A stretch of DNA of 63,340 nt, counting the filler, from Salisapilia sapeloensis CBS 127946 (taxonomy: Eukaryota > Protista > Oomycota), in the NCBI GenBank assembly GCA_023334545.1. It is 18 parts of 18 records of this genome, joined end to end, with 100 filler letters (N's around TTAATTAATTAA, not from the genome) between each part and the next. Parts side by side here need not be neighbours in the genome. Positions count along the whole stretch, not along the records: positions 31,951 to 45,993 come from JAADVB010000391.1; positions 46,094 to 51,271 come from JAADVB010000634.1; positions 51,372 to 52,802 come from JAADVB010001153.1; positions 52,903 to 58,231 come from JAADVB010000623.1; 14 more parts are not named here. One strand, given 5' to 3'. Within the stretch, counting starts at the first letter, position 1. Every line of letters begins with the position of its first letter. The notes below the pieces were generated by a model. It did no database searches and was not told where the DNA came from. It worked only from the letters and a program-made list of their open reading frames with translations. The translations under genes and the position numbers were made by a program. Shown here in pieces: positions 43,218 to 52,903 of this stretch.

Positions 43218-44756
43218 TCACAGCGACTGGATGTGATCCAGCGCTTCCCTCACGCCAACGTCAAACTCCTTATCTGCCTTCCTCTTCGGACTGCTGCTGT
43301 TGATGCTTGACACGGCCTTGTGCGGCGGAATGCCTTGACCTTCAAACACTTGTCCGTCCCAACTGACACACCGCTGAAACGGCAGGTCCAACACCCACGC
43401 GTTCGGGAGTTTAATCGACCGTGTAGGTGCCAAGCTTCCAGCTGTGTTGCATCCGATACGGTAAGTATGCTCACGCTGCATGAGCGCCATGATCAATAGT
43501 TCGGCCGTGCCTCTCGTTGCCTCATTTTGGAGAATGACTAGCGGACCATTGTATCGGCAGTGGCGATGCGCAGTCGGGACGTAGTACCTCTTCTTCTTTC
43601 CAAACAAGTCTTCCGTCGTCGGCTTCGAAGACTTCCACCAGAAACAAGACTTTTGGTTCTTAAGTGGCACACGCTCCTGTGTCTCCAAGACACACTTCTT
43701 CTTCGGTCCGGTGAAGAATGATGCGACTTCTAGAGCAGACTGGATGGATCCACCGCCAGCGTTATACCGTAAGTCGAGCACTAGGCCATCCAAATCCCCC
43801 AAACTTTTCAAAATGGCTTCCAGCGCCCATCGCATGCTTTCTAGATCGTACAGCTCTGGAATTTCCACATCATTCGAGTTACTCTGTACAAAACTTCCGC
43901 TGGTGGACTCTTCGTGTGTCACTTCTCCACTCGACTGGTTCGACGTCGTGTTCGCTATAGTCACTTGACCATCCTTTGGTGCTCCATCTACGGACTTCCA
44001 CGCCGTCGACAGCAACTTCTCGACCTTTGGCAGTGGAAAATCGACAAAGCCAGACATGCCGGAGAGACCCAAGTACCCGATTTTCCACCCGGGACTCGTC
44101 TCTGCATTCAACACTCCAACGACAAACTTATTCGCGATCACCTGGCCGCCATCCGTGAGATGTGACCGCATGACACGTTCTTTCACAGCCATTTTCTGTT
44201 CCAACCATATTCCTAATGGAAGCTTTCTGCCTCTAGCTACTTGAATCTTGCCTTGTGGAATCCTCGTTGCGTCATAGACTCGACGACCAGCGCTGTGGGA
44301 TCGCGGATATTCTCGCTGAAGCACGAGCGTTGCATCGTCACACAGTGCGATGGTCTCTTCCATGGCTAACCACAGGTCTTCATCACTAGTGGATGAATGC
44401 ATTGCGTCGCCAAAGAGCCGATGGACGACACTCCAGTCGAGCTGCTCGGACGTGTTCACGTACGTTTGTTGCAAAGCTAGCCAGAAGAAGCGAAAGTTGA
44501 CCACAGGATCGCGTGTGTACGTGAGTTTAGCAAAGATAGCATGGATTGTATGAAGCACGAGGCGAAGGAAGATGCCATAGAGTGCGAGTAAAACAACAAA
44601 GGCGCCACCAAACACTGGCAAGTGGCGGCGTAAAAAGCGGACTGGAATGAGCGCAAAGGACTCGTAGAGTTCTAAAGGACCTAGGACTAATTTGTCTAGC
44701 AGTGAATCCTTTGAGAAAGGTCGAGATAGCGACGGGAAGAGTGAGAAGCGGCTCAT
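43218..44756 (-). CDS. Peptidase S41 (tail-specific protease/IRBP-like) domain protein with an N-terminal TM segment; probably catalytically inactive
   Basis: GLVLDLRYNAGG, GPLVILQNEATRGTAE, IGCNTAGS, LPNAWVL and FEGQGIPP. First ATG at 44756; the ORF track starts at a GTG. Confidence 0.85.
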   Translation of the reverse strand: MSRFSLFPSLSRPFSKDSLLDKLVLGPLELYESFALIPVRFLRRHLPVFGGAFVVLLALYGIFLRLVLHTIHAIFAKLTYTRDPVVNFRFFWLALQQTYVNTSEQLDWSVVHRLFGDAMHSSTSDEDLWLAMEETIALCDDATLVLQREYPRSHSAGRRVYDATRIPQGKIQVARGRKLPLGIWLEQKMAVKERVMRSHLTDGGQVIANKFVVGVLNAETSPGWKIGYLGLSGMSGFVDFPLPKVEKLLSTAWKSVDGAPKDGQVTIANTTSNQSSGEVTHEESTSGSFVQSNSNDVEIPELYDLESMRWALEAILKSLGDLDGLVLDLRYNAGGGSIQSALEVASFFTGPKKKCVLETQERVPLKNQKSCFWWKSSKPTTEDLFGKKKRYYVPTAHRHCRYNGPLVILQNEATRGTAELLIMALMQREHTYRIGCNTAGSLAPTRSIKLPNAWVLDLPFQRCVSWDGQVFEGQGIPPHKAVSSINSSSPKRKADKEFDVGVREALDHIQSL

Positions 44757-45747
44757 GGTTGCTTCTGCTTTCTTCACGTACGGTCTGGTACTGGCGTGAG
44801 CGTCGTCCCATCACAAAAGGAGTCTTTTATTCCAAGACATTGGCTGCTCTTCAAGTTCGAGAGGGCAGATGGTAGATGCTAGTTTGGCGTGTCATGTGGA
44901 TTTCGTTCGTATATGCTTACGAGAATGAACTGCAGGTCAAAGGTGTAGAGAAAGCGAAGGGGGATGCGAAGGAATGGTGTATTTGTCTTTGCCCTGTGCA
45001 CTATGGTAGAAAGAGAGATTGGACTTGTTTAGATAGAATTTCGATTTGACGTTTCGATAGCTTCAAAAGATGTGCGCTCGAAGAGATCTTGGCCGTAGAA
45101 GTCATTGTGAAGGTGAGAGTATTGATATAGTCGGGATCCACGAGGAATATAGCAGACTAGCAAGCACAAATAGCTCGAAAATAAGTCTGTATTGAGGTGA
45201 ATGGGTGCAGTACTGTTTCAAAGCCGTGTTGATATCCAAATCGACTATCTCAGATGCAGCGAAGGCAGAGTCGATTAAGTATATCCTTAAAAGTTGCTGA
45301 AGACTAAGAAAGTAGAGTAAGAGTCATCTTTGCCAGAACAGTGCCTCTTGAGCCCAAGTGTTCTTACAGCGTGTGCACACTCTAGAGAATACGACTCATA
45401 AGTTATCAAAAGGGTCAATTCGTTGAATACAGCATATTGGCCCATGCGCGTGAATAGACATCTCAAAATTATCAGTAGGTGCGATGTAGCATCACTGCAA
45501 ACTCTTCGTCCAATCCTAAGTAAATTTAAATGATAAACTCACATATCCGTAGCAAACTGTAACCTCACGACCATACGTTGCATGCATTAGTTTGAGGACT
45601 GTAGACGTCAATCCTACACCAAGTTTGACCTATTCCAGTAAGAGTCCATTTACTTATGCCGGATAACAATCGAAAACTATCCAGCACACGACAGAACATA
45701 AAGACTAAAATAGTTCATTCCAGGTTTCCAAACTTTCCACTAGAAGT

Positions 45748-45993
45748 CTAGTAGCCAAGCTCCCAGTTCACCTTGTACTTGAGCATCTCTCCGTTCAAAT
45801 ACGCGTTCAGATTTGATACAAACACTTCCGCAGAGTCTTCAGGGAAACTCATACCCGCCACGTGAGGAGTCAAGTGCACCTTCGGATGGTCCCATAGCTT
45901 GCTGTCTTCCGAAAGAGGTTCCTGCTCAAAAACGTCCAACACTGCCTGGGACAGCCAACCGTTGTCCAGAGCGTTCACGATCGTGTCTTCCGA
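45748..45993 (-). CDS. C-terminus of a D-2-hydroxyacid dehydrogenase (GhrA-like), 5'-truncated
   Basis: AVLDVFEQEPLSEDSKLWDHPKVHLTPHVAG. Confidence 0.88.
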   Translation of the reverse strand, partial: SEDTIVNALDNGWLSQAVLDVFEQEPLSEDSKLWDHPKVHLTPHVAGMSFPEDSAEVFVSNLNAYLNGEMLKYKVNWELGY

Positions 45994-46093
45994 NNNNNNN
46001 NNNNNNNNNNNNNNNNNNNNNNNNNNNNNNNNNNNNNTTAATTAATTAANNNNNNNNNNNNNNNNNNNNNNNNNNNNNNNNNNNNNNNNNNNN

Positions 46094-46384
46094 ATACGCG
46101 TACTTGCGTTTGGTGTCGTTGCTCCTGGAGAGTTGGACGCGGGCGTTCGGGGTGTCGAGCAAGCCGACCATGGGCCCCGTGTTTGGACAATAGACGGTGA
46201 TCACTTGGTCATCCAGTGCTTCGTCTTCATTCGGGCGTAAAAGCACGACATCGGCAAGGAAGCGCTTGTACCTCTTGATGAGACGCGCAGGATTCAAGCG
46301 CCCTGATTTCTTTATCCTCAGGTAAGTTTCATTCACATCCAGTTTTAGTTTTCTTCCTGTGTGCTTAGATTCATATAAAACCAT
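46094..46384 (-). CDS. sfsA: SfsA (sugar fermentation stimulation protein A) family nuclease, N-terminal half, 3'-truncated
   Basis: [14 protein letters not shown]...[35 protein letters not shown] matches the SfsA N-terminal signature ([12 protein letters not shown]; HCPNTGSM; V.LS.S.NPKRK..YT). Confidence 0.88.
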
Positions 46385-46597
46385 CCAGGCGCTAAAGGTC
46401 GAATGTCCAACTTTACCTTGGAACTGCCAGTTACGACAGCGAACACTGACAAGCAATGACTATCCATTGCATAGCCATATCTCACCATACCCGTAATTCA
46501 GTTCTAAAGTAGCAAAGATATGTAAGCAACTCTTTTTATTTCCTTTTGATTTACGTGTAACAGTACCATCGACCATGGCATCCTCAACTACCTCACC

Positions 46598-46918
46598 TGA
46601 TGTGTGGTGCGGATCCTCCAACATCGTCAAGTCAAACTTGCTCAGCAAGGCGCACATGGTGATCTCAAGTTCGACCATGGTCATTCGCTCTCCAACGCAC
46701 TTCCTGACTGCAATAAGCTACGTTCACAAGCAGCATGCCAGACATGTAGTCGACTGGATGGTATATCGAGGCAAAGGGATCGTTGAGTATAGATGAAGCG
46801 TCTCTCGGATCGCCACTTCCAGATACTTCACCTCTGCAACCTCTTCCACAGTCGCAATACCCACCTCTTACTCCAAACGATGCGGTAACTTGGCCTGATT
46901 CTCGGCACGGACCTTGGG
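46598..46918 (-). pseudogene. Cytochrome P450 fragment, decayed
   Basis: YLEVAIRETLHLYSTIP (K-helix ExxR region) and RKCVGERMTMVELEI..LLSKFDL (heme Cys motif), with stops and an internal deletion. Confidence 0.82.
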
Positions 46919-47322
46919 CAGAATATGCGGATGTCAATTTGGTTTGATAAGGACCAATCTCATCGTTGTGACTGTGGTCCATGAGTCACCTAAGAAGAAT
47001 TTGCGGTTCATAACAAGCATCAATGTACAACCAGCATCCAAGTTTTCTGCCTTTAAAGCTTAAATAGATTGACTATCTAAGAATACAGAGTAAGCAAGTC
47101 TTTTGAAGTGGACGAAGAGCCATCATCGACGTGACCACCTTCCATCTCTTGCTTTTGCTTCACGATACACTTGTGGATGGTGTCGAAGATCAATCCATTC
47201 AAACACTTTTTGCCTTGAACAGCTTTGGCTCTGCGCCGATACCGAGCATACGTCGGATGCTCCAGTAAAAGTATGGCTGCTGGTTACGATGGAAGATATT
47301 GCGATAGTTAAGACAAATATTT

Positions 47323-48327
47323 TTAATCAAGTCGTTCACTTCTTCTTCTTCCATCCGCACTCGCCTCGTCCTTCCATTCGGACATCACACGTTCGATCTC
47401 CTCAGCAGACACTCCAGCATCCGCCAGCTTTCTCCTAGACAACACGCGCTCTGTTTCCAGTCTCAGACGCGTGGTTTCCACTTCGTACCGTAGCTTCTTG
47501 CACTCCAAATGGTGCCTCGTTTCCTCCATTTGAAGACGCTTCCGATCCCGACTCTCGCCTTCTTCACTGCTTTCAGACTCGCTATGTGTAGAACGCGGTG
47601 CCAGCTCGGCACGCCACGGCACTGAACGACCACTTGGATGACCAGTTAAGTGGTGCGGTACTCTTGAAACTGGGTGGCTGCCCTGCCGTGACCGCAAACC
47701 GTTCGACGCAGCGTACATCGATCGTTGCTGAGGCGAATACTCCTGTCTCGTTACACCCAACGGCATCGCTCTCGTCTCTATCGACTCACGCTCTACATGG
47801 ACTGCTCGAGATGACTGTCTCGGATCTTCATGACGTGCTTCCGACGTATATTCTGCTCCCGCCTTCTCATGCACCGCTCTAGTCGGAGATACAGCGCGAT
47901 CAGGACCTAATAGCTCTCTTCTTTCATTCATGACATGGTGTAAATCGTGGAAATAGCGGCATGTTTTCAGCACGTGGCGCCCGGCTTCAGCCGTGTTCAG
48001 GTTTGAGTCCCTCACGTCGAAGCCGTTGGCGCCCAGCCACGACACAGCAGACGCATAAGATCGCTCGAGCTCGTTGATCTGGGTCCGGATGTTCGCATTT
48101 TCTCGATGGAATAGTCCTTCCTTCTCCATCTCCTCTCGGATCTCGGTACACAGCTGCTCACGACTCTCACCTCTTCCACGCGCCTTGGACCTGCACCACC
48201 GGTCGTAGTTCTCCGGTACCGTGATCCAGTCTAGTAAGACTCGGATGGACGTTCGACCATCCACGCGGGCATTGTCGTTGTCCCACATAATGCGCTTCCG
48301 CCTCGACTCCACAGACACGCGACGCAT
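47323..48327 (-). CDS. Intact Myb/SANT-like protein of the oomycete Harbinger-ORF1-related family (334 aa)
   Basis: WDND..DGRTSIRVLLDWITVPENYDRW, HRENANIRTQINELERSY, TCRYFHDLHHVM, and the tail ERVLSRRKLADAGVSAEEIERVM. Confidence 0.7.
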   Translation of the reverse strand: MRRVSVESRRKRIMWDNDNARVDGRTSIRVLLDWITVPENYDRWCRSKARGRGESREQLCTEIREEMEKEGLFHRENANIRTQINELERSYASAVSWLGANGFDVRDSNLNTAEAGRHVLKTCRYFHDLHHVMNERRELLGPDRAVSPTRAVHEKAGAEYTSEARHEDPRQSSRAVHVERESIETRAMPLGVTRQEYSPQQRSMYAASNGLRSRQGSHPVSRVPHHLTGHPSGRSVPWRAELAPRSTHSESESSEEGESRDRKRLQMEETRHHLECKKLRYEVETTRLRLETERVLSRRKLADAGVSAEEIERVMSEWKDEASADGRRRSERLD

Positions 48328-49899
48328 GACTGAGCTCGTGATTGGAGGAGCAAGATGTTAACAGCAGGCGATCTCACAAGACCAAAAAACTCTTCCTTGG
48401 GTCACGACAAGTACTGCTAATATGTCGGGGACGCTAGACAGTCGCTACTTACTCAAACCTTGGGCGTGATTCCAGTAACTGGGACGTAAAGTAACGACAA
48501 TTTCTATATCGCCAGGGTGCGACAGTAAGCCTTGACAATGCAATCAGCTTATGCGTAGAAAGAGCTCTCGTTTGATCTAGTGACGATTACCTGAGGTCGC
48601 TCGACTGGTGTACGACAAGCCCGACATCCGATGCACGTCTAGCTAGCATGCACCGCATACCTTGGAGGAGGTAATTGTTGATTCGGAGTATACATTCCAG
48701 TACAATTGCAATCGATAGATGGGAAGCATCCTTTGAATGCGAAGGAGACATACAGCACATTTCGCCTTCATTGCTTGAATGGGCGCTATCTATTCTCATG
48801 CATCCACAAACAAACGCATGCACATACACAGCGTATCAGCATAGCATTCCTTCGCGCCCTACCTCTCGATGGATACTCTTCGCCACAGTCATCCTGTCCC
48901 TCGTACGTTGATGGCTATGGTGCAATCTCGTAGGACACCTATGCATACCTCGCACACCTCTTCCACTCGACTAGACGAACCAAGTCGGTATTGATATAGA
49001 TAGTGTGTTGGATCTGATGAATGATCTGGTATGCTTAATCTGGTGGAGACGGAGGGGTGGCCATGACTGGGCATGCTACGTCTAACTCCACTTTCACCCG
49101 ACTAACAGCGAGGTTATGCTTGGAGAACATTGCAGAACCAAATAGCCATCTACTGCCCTCTCGCCCTCGACGCTGGAGCAGTCGAAAGCCGTTCGTACAC
49201 ATCCTACCAGTGTGCTGATCAAGGCGATAGTGCCTGTGCTCATTGACGATGATGAACAGGAAACTATCATCTTTGGCAGCAAAGAAGATAGTATAAAGAG
49301 CAAACAGAGTTGGCAAATACGAGTGGGGACTGGCAGAACGCTTCGTGGAGTCGCCTCCATTTGCTCGAATGCGTGCAGAAGTGTTAACTGTTGAATACAA
49401 AGAGCCCTCTCCAGTCACAGCTCGTATGCATCTGGATGCCGATTGAGTGGTCCGTGCATTCCTTTGCCGAGATGAAACTTCCTACATGATGAAGACTATC
49501 GAGATACGACATGAAAGTCGAGACCAGAGGTGGGAGGAGATGTCAACAGCGCCATGATACGTGCACATAGCGTGCAGTGGAGCAGAATCGACGGCTGCTC
49601 ACCGAAACGCTCTTATGTGTACTAGACTCATTGCCAGCCGGGATATAAAGAGCATTGCTGTGGGATGTTAGCGCAGTGTTGCTAATATTCTTGTGTGATT
49701 ACCTCCTCGCTGGTGCCTACGAGGCGTTGCACTCCAAAAGACGGAAGGCTATTGACGGTCGACCGGAATGATTTAAGGCACGCCCGAAAAATGTACGCGT
49801 TCGGTGGAATATATAGACCCTGGGGAGATCACAGCGGCGTTGCACGACCATTGATTTCCAGGGGACGATCTCATATCCCTCGCGCAAGCCAAGCCACGA

Positions 49900-50660
49900 G
49901 CGAGGAGCTGACCGCTTGGTACATCTAGAACGTAGACGCGAATGACGATGCTCTTGTACGAAGAGCAAATGTCACAGGCGGCAAAGCCGGAAAGCTGCGT
50001 CCAGTATCTCTAGGTCAAAGGTGCCTTATGGGACTAGAAGAGCAATGTTTCTCGCTGGAGCAGTCTAAGCAGCTCGCGGACCAATGCTCTATCCTACAGA
50101 TGATGCCGATCGAAGTCGGCCACTCAAGATCCCACTGGCCTCTGCACGCCAGTCTATGTGGCACAATCTCGGCCAAGTGCGACGGATATGGGACTAGCCT
50201 TATCGACTGGTCTCTTTTGGCTTTATAATGCAAGACACTGAATACTCCAGGACGTCGCGCTCTGCCTAGACATCGACTCGTAGGTAGAAGCGGATGTGCT
50301 GCAATACATCTTGCTCGCCAGTCGCGTGCTCTCTATCTCGTCCGTTTCTAGGTTGTACATAGGCAAATAGCTAGATTGCACCGCCAGATTGCTGCTGGCC
50401 GACTCGCGACTCATGCCTGCGAGCGTCATTAACACTGTGAAGGGATTGCCGAGGCATGGAAACTTGCCATCTCTAGCTCGACTGGAAGAACTAGACTCGA
50501 AGTATGTCTAGGTAGCTAGCTACAGAGGCATCTACATGCTCTTACCACGTAGCCCTAGTCGTCCATGTTAGGAGCTCTTCAAAGCGAGATTCCATGCAAA
50601 GAGCTATTGGTAGGTGGTATCGCCCTTCGGCACGCGATGCATCTGAAAAATATCAGAAAA
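49900..50660 (+). pseudogene. Unidentified decayed coding sequence
   Basis: Protein-like frame LQDVALCLDIDS*VEADVLQYILLASRVLSISSVSRLYIGK*LDCTARLLL..., interrupted mainly by TAG. Family not recognised and boundaries approximate. Confidence 0.35.
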
Positions 50661-51668
50661 GTCCCTCCCCGTCGAAGCCCGACCGGAGGAAAGAGGACAG
50701 ACATGATAGCTTCAACGTCGCGGGTGCGATGCGACCTATAAGGGCATCAAGTTGCCGCAAGTCGTCCTATAAATGCATACCTTAAGCGTTTATCTTCTCG
50801 TCTCTTGATCCCCGTATTTCTCGTTTGATCATCCAAATACGCTGACACCGGTCGTAGCTGATTTTGACATATCGAATGCTGCTTCGTTGAAAGGTCGGCA
50901 GGCACTCCAGGGAACTTAGCATAGGACAAGGCACGAGGCAAATCTCTGACCAAGCGACGAGCGCTTTGGTTAGCTTCCACATGTAGCGTGCGAAAGAAAG
51001 AGTACTCTACATAGAGCTTATAACAGTTTAAAATATATTCCTATCCAATAAAGTTTAAAACGCTTTATTTGACTTCAAGCTGTAGAGATTTAACTCGCAA
51101 ACGTTTCATAGTTAGGCAGGCTAGCGATAAGTATCTCGTCGTCATGCGTACGTTGCCATCGACGACGATTCGCAGTAGGCTGCAGGAAAGAGAGCAATGG
51201 ATGGAAAACTTCATGTGGTACGATTCAGGTGATAGAAGCTAGGAGAGAGATGCTGATACAACTTGTAGGGCNNNNNNNNNNNNNNNNNNNNNNNNNNNNN
51301 NNNNNNNNNNNNNNNTTAATTAATTAANNNNNNNNNNNNNNNNNNNNNNNNNNNNNNNNNNNNNNNNNNNNCGAGACAGATCGATGACATCTTCTCTGCC
51401 TTGATCGAGTACGTCCACCTCCTTCCTCTATACCGACATCATGCTAATAAAGCACTCGCAGCTCCATGGCCAGTGTAGACGTCTGGTACTTGCACAACGA
51501 GCAGACTCGACCCGTTGTCCTCCAAAGCTACGAGCGCTTCCTCTCTATAACAAGACTCTTCCTACGCACTACCTACGACCACCTGGATGTGTAAGACTGG
51601 CTTGTATGCTAATTGCACGTTGTATTCGAGTCCGCAAACATGAAAATTCCACGACAAGGAAACAAAAA

Positions 51669-52440
51669 TTACTCTCGGTTGAGCACATCAATAAGATAGT
51701 CCATCGCAGTACCAAAGTCCATCTCGCCATGGCCATCGACGTGGCTTTCCTCCGACAAATAGTAGGCTTCTCCAGTTCCGACATGTCGGATGGCGTCTGT
51801 TGTCGTGGCTGGAGATGCGGCGGATGTGTAGTTCTCGGACGGGTCCCCCTCTGGGTTTTCTGCCGCATCCAACTCGTTCTCGGCTGCAATGGCGAGCGTC
51901 GTGGACATGATCGAGTCGTTGAATTGTTCTTCTGGCGATAATAATGGAGCATACCGAGGCGACATGGCGAGGTTGTGTGGCAGCGTGGTTTCGCCACTAC
52001 TTCGGACGTTGCGTAGTCTCCGAGCGATCTTTTGTCGATATTTCTGTGCATGTGTCTAGAATAAAATGAGTATAGGTGGACAGTGAATTGGAGCGTAATG
52101 TACTTTACCATCGTCTGTCGAGCCGTCCTTGTACCCACTGCACATGACGCATCGAGAAAAAGCGGTTAGAAGGATGGAAAAGGAATTGAGATGGATTTAA
52201 ATTACCTTGGGAAGCAATGTCTTTCCAGGGACCGCTCGGGAACCTTGCAATTCCTTCCAAGAAGCGCATGTGCTATGGCAGACGTGAGTCGCAATGCATT
52301 CGAGACATAGTAATTTGGCAAACCTCTTCTTTCGACCAAACTCCACGTGTTGTCGGTGTGCTTTTATCATCACTGGCGGTTGGGGAGGACTCTCCGCTTC
52401 CGGGTGCTGAGACCGTGAGCTCGTGTGGTTCTTCCTTCAT
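51669..52440 (-). CDS. Myb-like SHAQKY-class transcription factor; 4 exons (52440-52324, 52272-52206, 52137-52109, 52055-51669)
   Basis: Splicing three GT-AG introns gives RGVWSKEE|HMRFLEGIARFPSGPWKDIASQ|VGTRTARQTM|THAQKYRQKIARR. Confidence 0.92.
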
Positions 52441-52903
52441 CGGACCGTTATTTACCTCCTTCGCTCGGAAGTAGGTACACGAATGTCTGATCGAGAATGG
52501 CTTGATCACCTTTGCTAAACTTTTTAACCACCTGTTGACGGCGGCAGTAGATGCGTCGCGTAGGTTCCTTTTTCTGTTCTCGTAATGGATTGTACGAGGC
52601 GATATACTGAGGATGGGTCTGCTTCTCACACGCTCTCTTTTTTTCTCTCCTGCTGGAAGCAATCAGTCTCGATCCCGAGCCCGCGTCGGATGATGACTTG
52701 TTCGTGTCCAGAGTCGAGTGTTGGATGCCGACGGCGGAGGGCCAGAAAAGCTCCGGACGACGGTCGAGTGCGAGTGCGCAAGGCGTCGGCACGCGGAGGC
52801 CGNNNNNNNNNNNNNNNNNNNNNNNNNNNNNNNNNNNNNNNNNNNNTTAATTAATTAANNNNNNNNNNNNNNNNNNNNNNNNNNNNNNNNNNNNNNNNNN
52901 NNG

